A stretch of 39,853 nt of DNA from a virus (lineage: Duplodnaviria; Caudoviricetes), in IMG/VR virus record IMGVR_UViG_3300020686_000007, positions 1 through 39,853 of that record; one strand, given 5' to 3'. Shown piece by piece: positions 24,310-34,266 of this stretch; within the stretch, counting starts at the first letter, position 1; every line of letters starts with the position of its first letter. Under the pieces are notes generated by a model. That model had not been told where the DNA came from and searched no databases. It worked only from the letters and a program-made list of their open reading frames with translations. A program made the position numbers and the translations under genes.

Positions 24310-25977
24310 ATGAATTACCTAGATGGCATCCAGTATGCTAATCAGGTAGCCAAAGGTGAGATTGAAGTTTGTAGAAATGTTCGGCTTGCCTGTCAGCGAT
24401 TCCTGAATCAGTATGAAAATAAAGAATGGGAATGGGAATTTGACCCAGATTATCCTAACCATGTCTTAGGATTTGCATCCCTACTAAAGCATACCAAAGG
24501 ACATCAAGCCGGGCAGAATGTAGTTCTAGAGCCATTTCAAATTTTGTTCATTTGTGCCATTTATGGATTTAGGTCAAAAAAAGATCATTTCAAAAGAATG
24601 GTTACAGATGTCATTTTGTACATTCCCCGGAAAGCTGGTAAATCCACACTAACCGCTATTCTTGCTCTTTATGAATTGGCTTGTGGCGAAGCTGGTGCAG
24701 AAGTCTTTACCCTAGCAACCAACAGGGAACAAGCATCTATTGTGTTTGATGCCGCCAAAGGGTTTATTGAAAATGGACCTAAAGAGATTGCCAGCCTATT
24801 TACTGTTAGCAAATATCAGATTGGCAAGCATGGCGATAGTCAAACTATGTTCAAGGCACTTAGCCGGGATACCAAAAAGACTGGGGATGGTAAAAATCCA
24901 TCTTGCGTTATTGTGGATGAAGCCGCCCAAATCATAGATCGCAATGCAATTGAAGTTCTGCACTCTGGTATGGTTGCCCGGCAAAACCCATTGCGGATAT
25001 ATATTACTACTGCCAGCTTTACCAAAGATACCAAGTTTTATGAAGATATGTCCATGATGGAATCCATACTAAATGGGGAAGCTAGTGATAACCCTAGGTG
25101 GTTTGGTTTGCTTTATGCGCTTGATCCACAAGATGATTGGCGCAATCCTAAGACTTGGGCAAAAGCCAATCCGATGCATGGCATTAGTATTTTTGATGAT
25201 GCTATTGCACAAAGGGCAGAAGAAGCCAAAAACAAGCCAGCCGCACTCAATGAATTTCTTTGCAAAACCCTTAATATCTATGTCAGCGCCCAAACTGCTT
25301 GGGTAGATAGAAACCATTGGGATGATCCAAAATGTAAAATATCAGAAACAAATCAAGAGCCAGAAGCGGTATTTATTGGATTCGACTTAGCCGCCACAAG
25401 GGACTTAAATGCAGTTTGTACCCTAAAGCGGTATGGCGAATTAGACTATGAAGCAAGCTGGAAATTCTTTTTGCCTGAAGCTGGTTATGAGTTAATCCCC
25501 AAGCATTATCAGGATATATTCCGAGTTGCAATAGATTCTGGCATCCTTAGATTAACCGAAGGCAATGTCATGGATGATCGAGAAATATCGGATTATATTA
25601 AACAGGAATGTGAAAAATATAATGTCAAAGAGGTTGGTTATGATGCTTATAATGCCGCATCCTTAGTAGCCAGATTATATGATGCCGGGATACCAGTCAA
25701 AAAGGTTGGACAGGGCATGGCAGTATTATCTAACCCATCCAAGTATGTAGAAAAACTGATAATGAATCAGCAAATTAAGCATGATGGCAATCCATTTGTA
25801 GGATGGCAACTGGGCAACTGTGAAGTATATGAAGATGTGAATGGGAATATTAAAGTTCGCAAGAATGAAGCAGATAAATCAGCCAAAGTTGATGGTATTA
25901 TTGCTATGATTATTGCGGCGCATTGCAGTTTGGATAACCCTTTTGTTTCTGATTCCTATGGATTTAGAACTTTCTGA
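24310..25977 (+). CDS. terL: Terminase large subunit (HK97/cos type)
   Basis: LEPFQ, IPRKAGKS (Walker A), VIVDE (Walker B), ITTA, GFDLA, YDAYNA, KVDGIIA. Confidence 0.95.
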   Translation: MNYLDGIQYANQVAKGEIEVCRNVRLACQRFLNQYENKEWEWEFDPDYPNHVLGFASLLKHTKGHQAGQNVVLEPFQILFICAIYGFRSKKDHFKRMVTDVILYIPRKAGKSTLTAILALYELACGEAGAEVFTLATNREQASIVFDAAKGFIENGPKEIASLFTVSKYQIGKHGDSQTMFKALSRDTKKTGDGKNPSCVIVDEAAQIIDRNAIEVLHSGMVARQNPLRIYITTASFTKDTKFYEDMSMMESILNGEASDNPRWFGLLYALDPQDDWRNPKTWAKANPMHGISIFDDAIAQRAEEAKNKPAALNEFLCKTLNIYVSAQTAWVDRNHWDDPKCKISETNQEPEAVFIGFDLAATRDLNAVCTLKRYGELDYEASWKFFLPEAGYELIPKHYQDIFRVAIDSGILRLTEGNVMDDREISDYIKQECEKYNVKEVGYDAYNAASLVARLYDAGIPVKKVGQGMAVLSNPSKYVEKLIMNQQIKHDGNPFVGWQLGNCEVYEDVNGNIKVRKNEADKSAKVDGIIAMIIAAHCSLDNPFVSDSYGFRTF

Positions 25978-26016
25978 TATAAAATATAAGAAAATCGGAA
26001 GAAATCGAGGATTAAT

Positions 26017-27459
26017 ATGGGTGTTTTAGACATTTTTAGCAAGAAAAAAACAGTCTTAGCAGAGAATAATACTCTGTTTGGGCAGACCCAATTAGGCAAC
26101 CAAATTGTTCGCCAAGCCCAAGATGGTAAGGGTGGCGCTAATTTCCAACTTCTTTATGTAACTACATCATCCACCACCAGCGCCGGGCGCATTGTGGATA
26201 TGTCGGTTCTTACAAGAAATTCGACAATTATGTCCTGTGTTGGAGTAATTGCTAGAGCATTAGCCCAATGTTCCATATCTGTTGCATCTAAAACAGAAGA
26301 TGGCATATTTGTTGATGCGATCAAAGATTCTGATGTAGGTAGCCGGGATAAAATAAAAGCCAAACAAATTGTGGCGCTTTTACAACAACCAAACAATTTC
26401 CAGAGCCAATATGAGTTCTGGTATCAATGGTGTATGTGGTATTTGCTATCTGGTGAAACCTTTACTTTGCTTTATCGCAAAGACCAGACAGATGCCAATC
26501 AAACTCCAATTGAACTTTATAACCTAGATTCAACTCTGATTACAACTCAGATGAATCCAGCCAGATACCCAACTTATCGGTTATCGACCCCTTCTTATGG
26601 ATTTAATCGGGATGAGCCATTAGCCGCCCATCAAGTAATTCATGTTTCTGAAGCCGCATGGCAAGGTTCTGCTGGTTTTAACAAAGGTATTCTAGCGACT
26701 GAATTGGTAGCCTTAGATCAGGATATTGATCTATATGCAAACTTTGTTATGCAAAATGGCGCAAAGCCATCTGGCATCTTTAGCACTACATCTGTGATTC
26801 CTGATGCTAAATACAAAGAAGTAGCTGGAAGAATTAAAGAAGCATGGTCAAGCATGACAGGAAGCAAGCCTACAGACCTATCTAAGCCGGGTCAAGGTAT
26901 GCTTTTAGACCAAGGCATGACATACAATCCAGTTCAAATGCTTACTTTGCAAGATGCAGATGCCGCCAAGCTAAAAGATCAAACAACCAAGCGCATTTGT
27001 GCATTGTTCGGTGTTCCACCCCAAATGCTTGGCTTAGAAACAGGCAAATTCAATAATACTCAAACTTTATTGGATGAATTCTACAAAACCACTATGTATC
27101 CAATGATCATTGCTATTGAGCAAAAATTCAAAATGGGTTTATTAAAGGGTTATCCAAACCTTTGTATTCGATTTGATACAAAAGATTTTCTAAAAGGGGC
27201 GGCATTAGATCAAATGAATTTTGTTACCGCTGGTATTGCTGGTGGATTAATGACCCCTAATGAAGCTAGAGAATATATGAATATGGCTAATATTGAAGGC
27301 GGCGATGAATTATTATCAGCACAACCAAAAGATATTAGTTCTACTAATGTTCCAATAGGATCAAAGACAGCAAAGATTACCCAACTTCCCGGCAGTAGTC
27401 CGCAAGATACTGGTGGTGGGGGCGGCAATCAAACTAAGAAAATGAACATAGGAAAATAA
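26017..27459 (+). CDS. Portal protein (HK97 family)
   Basis: LLQQPNNFQS, NGAKPSG, ICALFGVPPQMLG, GLMTPNEAR...IEGGDEL. Confidence 0.93.
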   Translation: MGVLDIFSKKKTVLAENNTLFGQTQLGNQIVRQAQDGKGGANFQLLYVTTSSTTSAGRIVDMSVLTRNSTIMSCVGVIARALAQCSISVASKTEDGIFVDAIKDSDVGSRDKIKAKQIVALLQQPNNFQSQYEFWYQWCMWYLLSGETFTLLYRKDQTDANQTPIELYNLDSTLITTQMNPARYPTYRLSTPSYGFNRDEPLAAHQVIHVSEAAWQGSAGFNKGILATELVALDQDIDLYANFVMQNGAKPSGIFSTTSVIPDAKYKEVAGRIKEAWSSMTGSKPTDLSKPGQGMLLDQGMTYNPVQMLTLQDADAAKLKDQTTKRICALFGVPPQMLGLETGKFNNTQTLLDEFYKTTMYPMIIAIEQKFKMGLLKGYPNLCIRFDTKDFLKGAALDQMNFVTAGIAGGLMTPNEAREYMNMANIEGGDELLSAQPKDISSTNVPIGSKTAKITQLPGSSPQDTGGGGGNQTKKMNIGK

Positions 27460-27595
27460 AACATGGAAAATATTAATAAGATTCTTCAGATTTTTGGTTA
27501 TCAATTGCATAAAAATAATGTTAAACTACCAGTAAAATCTGTAAAATCCCCTAAAATACAAGATAATAATCAATCTATTAAGAATGGGATTATCA

Positions 27596-28396
27596 ATGAA
27601 TCAGAACCTAAGCCTACTTTGCGAAGCAAAACTAAGCCTAAACCAATCCTCAAAAGACAAGCTACCAAGCGGCAAGATTGAAGCTAGGGTAACTTCTTGG
27701 GGCGCTAGAGAAGGCGCTGATGGTCGCCGATTTAATTATCAGCCTGAAGGATTCCAAAATTGGGCTAATGAGTTTGCCACAACTGGCAATCCATTGCCAA
27801 TGTTCTTAAACCATAATGATATGGGTATGCCTGTAGGTCAATGGACAGAGTTTAACTTTGACAAAAAAGGTATGACTGCATCTGGTGAACTATTTATGAA
27901 TACTACCGCTGGTTCTGATCTTTATGAAGTTCTAAAAAATTCCCCAAATCTATTTGGCGGTGTTTCTGTTGGCGCTTATGCCGATGAAGCCTGTATGGTA
28001 GATGAAGATGGCAATCCAGTAGCAGAAGATGATAATATGGAAGATGAAGCCTATTTTCAAATTACTAAAGGCGGTTTGCGTGAAGTTAGCGTTGTAATGT
28101 ATCCAAATAATCCAGCCGCAGAAATTCAAAAGCTGGAATACTTTACAGCCGAAGGCGCACCAAATCCCCGCAATATCGAAAAAGCCTTGCGAGATGCAGG
28201 ACTTTCCCGAAAAGATGCGACCACCGCATCTTCAACCCTGAAAAAATTGCTTGAACAGCGAGATGCTAAACAAGTGGAAATTCAGGTAGCCCCAGTTCAG
28301 AGTGAGCCTGAAGCGGTGGTCGAAGAAGCTGATGATATTCTTGAAGCATTAGAAAAAAGAGAACTTCTGAAGCAATTATCTAATCGTATTAAATAA
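27596..28396 (+). CDS. Prohead maturation protease (HK97 family)
   Basis: PMFLNHN, PVGQW, GVSVG (catalytic Ser), LREVSVVMYPNNPAA, EKALRDAGLSR. Confidence 0.9.
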   Translation: MNQNLSLLCEAKLSLNQSSKDKLPSGKIEARVTSWGAREGADGRRFNYQPEGFQNWANEFATTGNPLPMFLNHNDMGMPVGQWTEFNFDKKGMTASGELFMNTTAGSDLYEVLKNSPNLFGGVSVGAYADEACMVDEDGNPVAEDDNMEDEAYFQITKGGLREVSVVMYPNNPAAEIQKLEYFTAEGAPNPRNIEKALRDAGLSRKDATTASSTLKKLLEQRDAKQVEIQVAPVQSEPEAVVEEADDILEALEKRELLKQLSNRIK

Positions 28397-28406
28397 GGAA
28401 TAAATC

Positions 28407-29771
28407 ATGTCCGATAAAATTATCGAAAAACTTGATTTGATCGAAGCATCTAATGTTGCTAAGATTGAAGAAGTTAAAGCAGAAGCAGTAGCCGCAGTAG
28501 AAGCTGTTAAAGCAGAAATGACTGAACAAGTAGTAGCATTGGAAGCTAAAATTTCCGCTATTCAAGTTCCAGAAATCATCCGCACACCAGCTAAAACTGT
28601 TAAGCAAGATGTAAACCGCAAGGTTAAAGAGCAACTTGCCAAGATGGTTAAAAAAGGTTCAATGGGCAACAAAGAATTTGAAATGTTTGCTGATGAATCA
28701 GAATATCAAGCATATTTGAAGGAAGATGGATCACAAATTGGTAATCCTGCTGGTTATGGTGGTGGTTACAATGTCGGTGGTCGTACAGCCTACGATCCTG
28801 TATTCCACAAAATGCGTTTGATGAATCCTTTGCGTGGTGTTTCACGCAATGTAACGACAGATGGTTCTGTGTATCAGTTCCGTGCTAAAACAGGTAATGC
28901 TGGTGCTCAATGGGGTTATGCAATCCAAAACAACGGTGCTCCAACTACTGAAAACACAAATATCTGGCAAGTAGTTTTGCAAGATATTAATGTCCAGTTC
29001 CCAATCCGTACAGCGGCTCTAGATGATATCGATGGTTTGGAATCAAATGTTGTAGATGATATGTTGCTAGAATTTAGTCAGCAAGAAGGTATTGCTATGA
29101 TTCAAAACAATGATCAAGTATCTCCAACTGGTAATCCTACTGGCGGTTCTAATGGTATTCGTGGTTTGAACCAATATGCTGGTGCTAACTCTGTTTACAC
29201 TGGTGGCTCTACTTCTACTGCCGCTTTCGGTACTTCAGGAACAGCATCTACAGATGGATTGGCTTCGATTGGTACTTATGACCAATTAACTTCAAACACA
29301 AATACAGTTAATGGTAACAACATCACTTTTGATGATGTAATCACATTCTTGCATAGCTTGCCACAAGAATACTGGACTCCAGATGCTAAAATTATCGTTA
29401 ATCCATTCATGCTTGCACAGATTCGTGGCTTAAAAGATACAAACGGCACTCCAATTTTTGATCGTATGACACCATTGATTACTGATGGTATTGTTGGTCA
29501 AATTGCTGGTTTTGATGTTGTTGTTAATAAGTATCTTGATACTCCTTATCAATCAACTACTGGTGACGCTGGAACAACTAGCTTGTACCCAATGTTCTTC
29601 GGTCAATGGTCACGCTTCCACACAATCGTGGATCGCTTGAATATGGTTCTGCGCCGTTATGATCAGACATTGCCCGGCTTTATCACCTTCTTTGGTGAGA
29701 AGCGTTTGGCAACTTCTGTTGTTGATCCGTTTAGCGCAATCCGCTATCGTTCTACTGGTACAGCAACCTAA
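28407..29771 (+). CDS. Major capsid protein (HK97 fold) with ~106-aa N-terminal coiled-coil delta domain
   Basis: TAAGGA RBS; coiled-coil N-terminus; LKDTNGTPIF, IAGFDVVVN, PGFITFFGEKR. Confidence 0.92.
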   Translation: MSDKIIEKLDLIEASNVAKIEEVKAEAVAAVEAVKAEMTEQVVALEAKISAIQVPEIIRTPAKTVKQDVNRKVKEQLAKMVKKGSMGNKEFEMFADESEYQAYLKEDGSQIGNPAGYGGGYNVGGRTAYDPVFHKMRLMNPLRGVSRNVTTDGSVYQFRAKTGNAGAQWGYAIQNNGAPTTENTNIWQVVLQDINVQFPIRTAALDDIDGLESNVVDDMLLEFSQQEGIAMIQNNDQVSPTGNPTGGSNGIRGLNQYAGANSVYTGGSTSTAAFGTSGTASTDGLASIGTYDQLTSNTNTVNGNNITFDDVITFLHSLPQEYWTPDAKIIVNPFMLAQIRGLKDTNGTPIFDRMTPLITDGIVGQIAGFDVVVNKYLDTPYQSTTGDAGTTSLYPMFFGQWSRFHTIVDRLNMVLRRYDQTLPGFITFFGEKRLATSVVDPFSAIRYRSTGTAT

Positions 29772-29778
29772 TAAAGTT

Positions 29779-29812
29779 GGGGCGGTCAAAAGCCGCCCCG
29801 CTTTTACTTTTT
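29779..29812 (+). terminator. Rho-independent terminator between the two capsid genes
   Basis: GGGGCGGT-CAAAA-GCCGCCCC hairpin followed by GCTTTTACTTTTT. Confidence 0.85.
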
Positions 29813-29828
29813 AATACTTGGAAATAAA

Positions 29829-30881
29829 ATGGCTAATCTAATTCTTGAAGCAGTCCAAAAAGCCCTTAAAAAAGGCGAAGCGGAAGTAAATTTAAAGGAA
29901 GCATCTGCGCTTACTGGCTCTGGTTCTGGGGTTGGTGGTCGCACAATCTATGATGATGCTTTTGCATCTTTGCGCCAGAATAATCCAATTCGCAATGCTG
30001 GTGCTAGAGTAATTCAAACTATTGGCTCAGATGAAGCCTTTGTAGTTAAAACTGGTAACATTACCAATGTCCAACAAGGTTCTACATTTAATCCTTGGGG
30101 ATACCCAATTAACAATAACAATGCCAATTCTACAACTGGTATTGCTACAACTTACTGGCAATTGCCAGTTCGATCCATTAATGCTGTAGTTCCAGTTAGA
30201 ACAGCAGTTATGAGTGATATTAATGGAATCAATGAATCTATTGTTGGCGACATCATGCTAGAGTTTGCACAGCAAGAAGCATTGTCAATGATGCTCAATA
30301 ATGATCAATCAGGTTCAACTTCTTACAACTATGGTGCTACACAAGGTTTGCGTGGCTTAAATAGTTATCCTAGTTCTACATCTGCCGCCGCTTTTGGCTC
30401 TAATGGTCCAGCAATGACCAATGGTCGCCATACAGTTTTAGCTGTAACCCAAGCCGCCGCTGGTGCAATTAGCTACAATGATTTAGCCAATTTAACTGGT
30501 GCTTTGCCAGCACAATATTGGACAGACCCATCAACCGCTTGGATGATGCACCCAACAACCATTAAATTGTTGAGAGAATTAGTAACAACTACTTCTGGCA
30601 TCCCTTATTTCTTAGAAGTAGGCGATGAAGATGGCGGCGCTGTTGTTTATATGTTTGGTTTCCCTGTAATCGCTAACCCATATATGCAACTGGCTGGTGC
30701 TGGCAATTATCCAGTTTACTTAGCCGCATGGGATCGATTTGTAACTATTGCTGATAATGAACTAATGAGCATCAAGGCATTTGAACAAACCCAACCCGGA
30801 TTCACAACTCTGTTCTGTGAAAAGCGGGTAGTTTCTACCATTCGAGATGTATTTGCTGGTGTTCGATTGACCCACAGTTAA
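29829..30881 (+). CDS. Second HK97-fold capsid paralogue lacking the long delta domain
   Basis: Collinear with MCP1: VGGRT.YD, KTGN, WGY.I.NN, LEF.QQE, NNDQ, G.RGLN.Y, LP..YWT, QT.PGF...F.EKR. Confidence 0.88.
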   Translation: MANLILEAVQKALKKGEAEVNLKEASALTGSGSGVGGRTIYDDAFASLRQNNPIRNAGARVIQTIGSDEAFVVKTGNITNVQQGSTFNPWGYPINNNNANSTTGIATTYWQLPVRSINAVVPVRTAVMSDINGINESIVGDIMLEFAQQEALSMMLNNDQSGSTSYNYGATQGLRGLNSYPSSTSAAAFGSNGPAMTNGRHTVLAVTQAAAGAISYNDLANLTGALPAQYWTDPSTAWMMHPTTIKLLRELVTTTSGIPYFLEVGDEDGGAVVYMFGFPVIANPYMQLAGAGNYPVYLAAWDRFVTIADNELMSIKAFEQTQPGFTTLFCEKRVVSTIRDVFAGVRLTHS

Positions 30882-30889
30882 GGTAAGCC

Positions 30890-31558
30890 ATGCCATTAGA
30901 TAGTTTAACTAATGGTCCTTTTTTAGGGACTACTAGGAATCCTTACAGCTATGAAAAGATAGAGCAAATCAGCCGGGACATTCAAACTGGCTGGCTTACT
31001 CTTGATCAGATTACCCAACAGCTAAATCTATTCCAAGATGAAAGCCAAGATAGCTATCTATCAGGACTTGAATTAGCGACCCGCATGGCGATTGAGGACT
31101 ATCTTGGTATGTCCATATTCCCCATCACTTATAAAGTGTACTATGGCACTTTTAATGGCATGACAGGCACACAAATGTGTTTAGATTTGCCAGAGGTTAG
31201 CCAAGGAAGCCAAAATCGTGCTGGAGTGGTAATTAAGGAAGTAGCTTATTATTCTGGGGCTACACCCCCGGTATATACCATTATTAGTCCAACAAGCTAT
31301 TATTATGATCCAACTGGCAATAAAGTTATTGTTACTGGAATTCCTGATTCTGCCAGTCAGATAATGACAAATCCAATTGTTTGTATTTATCAAACTAATG
31401 CAAATCCTTTGGCACAATACCCAGTAATTCAACAAGCTGGATTATTGCTTTTAACTCATTTATATAACAACCGCAGTAATACCTTTAATGGCAAATTGGA
31501 TGAAATTCCTTTTGGAGTGGCTCAGTTGCTTAGACCCTACAAGCCTTTGGTGATGTAA
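30890..31558 (+). CDS. Head-tail connector (HK97 gp6-like)
   Basis: AIEDYLG, IQQAGLLLLTHLYNNR, IPFGVAQLLRPYK. Confidence 0.85.
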   Translation: MPLDSLTNGPFLGTTRNPYSYEKIEQISRDIQTGWLTLDQITQQLNLFQDESQDSYLSGLELATRMAIEDYLGMSIFPITYKVYYGTFNGMTGTQMCLDLPEVSQGSQNRAGVVIKEVAYYSGATPPVYTIISPTSYYYDPTGNKVIVTGIPDSASQIMTNPIVCIYQTNANPLAQYPVIQQAGLLLLTHLYNNRSNTFNGKLDEIPFGVAQLLRPYKPLVM

Positions 31559-31902
31559 TGGCTATTGCTCGGTATGAAAATATTACTGTAAACAATGTAA
31601 CCAATTCTGTAGATGATTTGGGGCAATACACTACTACTATTACAAAATGGTTCGATACTAGGGCTAGAGTGCAAGATGTCCACAATAACCTACAAATAAA
31701 CAAAGAAACCCGAATTTATACTGATTTAGTAAAACTTGTCTTGAATTACACCCCAAATACAAGGCACATGGTGGACAATCAACCGCTTTATTCAATCACT
31801 TGGCGCAACCAAGATTGGCGAATTACTGATTGTTTTGAATCGAATGATCGCATGAATGTTACATTCCTGTGCTATAGAAATGATCCGACTGCCCCAGTAT
31901 GA
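31558..31902 (+). CDS. Head closure / head-tail adaptor
   Basis: DDLGQ...W, ITWRNQDWRI; position after the connector. Confidence 0.7.
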   Translation: MAIARYENITVNNVTNSVDDLGQYTTTITKWFDTRARVQDVHNNLQINKETRIYTDLVKLVLNYTPNTRHMVDNQPLYSITWRNQDWRITDCFESNDRMNVTFLCYRNDPTAPV

Positions 31903-32312
31903 CACAACAAAATCCAGCCATTTATGCTAAAGCTATCCAATATCAATTGGCTAGTATTGTTAATCCTGTGCCTGTTTATGCTAATTTCAACCGCAACTTT
32001 GCTAATGAGCCAAAATTCATTACTTGGCAGTTAAGAAATGTCCACCAGCCAGTATATACCGGAGTAAATCAAAACAATAAAGGTATTGATCGCCCAGTAT
32101 TTCAAATGAGCATATATTCTCAGAATATGCAAGATGCTTTTAATATTGCCAATTCTATAATACAATCATTACATGGATATAATGGGCAATTTGGTGGTGT
32201 AAGCGGTTTTTATATTGCCAAAGCCGATGTGATTATGCTTTACAATACATACGATAATACTGTAGGTTTGCAACAGATAACAATGGATTGCACCTTAGAT
32301 ATTCCAACATAA
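31899..32312 (+). CDS. Tail terminator (DUF3168-like)
   Basis: PVY...PKFITW, FQMSIYS...A..IA..I...LHG; position before the tail tube gene. Confidence 0.65.
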   Translation: MTQQNPAIYAKAIQYQLASIVNPVPVYANFNRNFANEPKFITWQLRNVHQPVYTGVNQNNKGIDRPVFQMSIYSQNMQDAFNIANSIIQSLHGYNGQFGGVSGFYIAKADVIMLYNTYDNTVGLQQITMDCTLDIPT

Positions 32313-32343
32313 GAATTTATTAATTATTTTTTAAGGAATTAAA

Positions 32344-32865
32344 ATGGCTCTCCCAAATCAAGTTTTACCCGGATTCTCGGCATCGCTATGGTGTCAGACT
32401 GGTGCTACTCCTACAGCATTAACTCTTTCCCAATTGTCCACTTGGACAGCCGAAGTTGAAGATATTGTTGGCACAGCCGCTAATGGTGTAGGCACTTCTG
32501 GTGAACAGTTAAATGTTGAAGCCATCCCTGCTTTTGGTCAAGATGATGCCGCCGCTTCCTTCATGGTTGCTGGTAGCCGTCAATCAGATCAAATTCCTAC
32601 ACAAAGCAAGCCAACTTCAATGACCATTGTTGCTCCTTGGAATCCAAGCGATGCAGGATTGTTGTTAATGAGAGCCGATGCTTATAGCGGCATTATTGAT
32701 CGTACTTTTGTAGTAGCCGCTGTATCTGGCTCTAATACTGTTGCTTATGCTTTTAATGGTCGTGTAAGCGAATTTAAAGTAGATGCCGCACCGGGCAAAG
32801 AAGCAACTGCGACTTTCACAGTTCATCCTCGAGGCAATCAGTATGGCTGGTCTAACAATACCTAA
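32344..32865 (+). CDS. Major tail tube protein
   Basis: TAAGGA RBS; 173 aa beta-rich; AFNGRVSEFKVDAAPG...ATFTV. Confidence 0.75.
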   Translation: MALPNQVLPGFSASLWCQTGATPTALTLSQLSTWTAEVEDIVGTAANGVGTSGEQLNVEAIPAFGQDDAAASFMVAGSRQSDQIPTQSKPTSMTIVAPWNPSDAGLLLMRADAYSGIIDRTFVVAAVSGSNTVAYAFNGRVSEFKVDAAPGKEATATFTVHPRGNQYGWSNNT

Positions 32866-33041
32866 TGATTACTGTTAAGTTTGCCAATGGCAAAATCTAT
32901 GAAGCAGGGCATATTGATGAAGCTATCAAATTATGCCTTGCCGATGGACATGATCCATTTAAGCCTGTTGTAATTCCAGAACAGCCAAAACAGAAAAAGA
33001 TTAAACAAGTAGAAGAAGATGAATATAGAGAACAGTTCTGA
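32865..33041 (+). CDS. Hypothetical 58-aa protein, absent from ORF track
   Basis: MITVKFANGKIYEAGHIDEAIKLCLADGHDPF...; TAATG-coupled to the tail tube gene. Confidence 0.5.
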   Translation: MITVKFANGKIYEAGHIDEAIKLCLADGHDPFKPVVIPEQPKQKKIKQVEEDEYREQF

Positions 33042-33249
33042 TCTTTTAAGTTATTTATTAAGCCAAGCTAATTCTGGTGTTAAAAATTGGTTTGGTTTTG
33101 CCCAACAGCGCATCACAGGCATTTATTTGGCGCATGAAATCGCTAAGTATCATGCCGATAAATTTACTCCTGATGAAATCGCTGATTATGTAATTAAGTT
33201 AAATAATTCCATATATCAAAAATTAATCAAGGGTGATGGAAATGGCTGA
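33019..33249 (+). CDS. Hypothetical protein in the tail operon
   Basis: 76-aa ORF overlapping both neighbours. Confidence 0.6.
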   Translation: MNIENSSDLLSYLLSQANSGVKNWFGFAQQRITGIYLAHEIAKYHADKFTPDEIADYVIKLNNSIYQKLIKGDGNG

Positions 33250-33784
33250 ATCATCGGTTAAATTCAAGCTAGAAGGCATGGAAGAATTGCTTGAAGTGTT
33301 TAACCAGATCAGAGATGACTTTGGCGAAAAAGATGCCAATAAGATTTTAAAATCAGCGGTTCATGCATCCATGCAACCAGTTCTAATGACAGCTAAAGCA
33401 TTAGCCCCTGTAGATACAGGCGCATTAGCGGCATCCCTTAGAATTGAATCTCGCAGACCTACAGCAAAGGATAAGCGATCTAGATATATCAAAACAACTG
33501 ATACCATTATTGGTACAGTTACTACTGCTCCCGGTAATGTCTTAAAAAATAGATCATTTCACAATCTTCATGCCCCTGCTGGGCAAAGAATTAAACAAAT
33601 TGGTATTCCTAGCGATGCTAGAGCCAATGTGCAAGAATTTGGGTCATATAAAATGGCGGCACATCCTTTTATGCGCCCTGCATTAGAATCACAAAGTATG
33701 AATGTGGCACAAAGTTTAGGTAGGACTTTAGGAACTGCTTTAGAAAAATATAAAGCAAAACAATATAGAAAAGGTAATTTATGA
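33242..33784 (+). CDS. HK97 gp10-like tail completion protein
   Basis: KLEGMEEL, AKALAPVDTGAL, QEFGSYKMAAHPFMRPAL. Confidence 0.85.
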   Translation: MAESSVKFKLEGMEELLEVFNQIRDDFGEKDANKILKSAVHASMQPVLMTAKALAPVDTGALAASLRIESRRPTAKDKRSRYIKTTDTIIGTVTTAPGNVLKNRSFHNLHAPAGQRIKQIGIPSDARANVQEFGSYKMAAHPFMRPALESQSMNVAQSLGRTLGTALEKYKAKQYRKGNL

Positions 33785-34266
33785 ACCAGTTTGCAAATGC
33801 TTTAGGTAAATCATTTAACAAAGATTCTTTAAGAATCCGATCATTTGAAATGGGTGGGCATACTTTTAAAGTAAAAGTCCCATTAACCGCTGAATATGAA
33901 AATATGCTTGAAGCGGTAAAAATCGTTGATGATAATAAAGTTAATAAATATTATGATGAATTATCTAAAGAATTTATTAATAATAAATCTGAATTTGAAA
34001 AGCAAGAAGAAGTAGTATTTACAGATAATGATATATTATTAAAAGGCACTTCATTAAAAGAAACTGCCAAAAATAAAGCTATTCTTGAAAATCGTATTTT
34101 GTCGTTAATTAAGTTAATAGTGCCAGAAGAAGAAGGTTTTGATATGTCCACTATTACCTATAATATGGTGGAAGAATTATTCCCATTTTCTATTCAAATA
34201 CAATTAATTGAAGAAATTAGCCTTGTCATTTCCCCATCTTACAAAACAGTTAAGGGAAAGTCCTAG
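33781..34266 (+). CDS. Tail assembly chaperone (lambda G-like)
   Basis: Upstream of the tape measure gene; ends at a slippery site. Confidence 0.75.
   Translation: MNQFANALGKSFNKDSLRIRSFEMGGHTFKVKVPLTAEYENMLEAVKIVDDNKVNKYYDELSKEFINNKSEFEKQEEVVFTDNDILLKGTSLKETAKNKAILENRILSLIKLIVPEEEGFDMSTITYNMVEELFPFSIQIQLIEEISLVISPSYKTVKGKS
34254..34260 (+). other. Programmed -1 frameshift site G GGA AAG
   Basis: Same heptamer as the lambda G/GT site, in the correct phase; the -1 frame is open from 34260 (VLGSVRRQVKAYLTAHG...) to 34613. Confidence 0.85.

Noticed and set aside
27463-27681. 72-aa ORF between portal and protease
   Set aside because: Overlaps the protease gene by ~85 nt and has no recognisable motif. 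It has a possible RBS, so it may be real, but I cannot support it.
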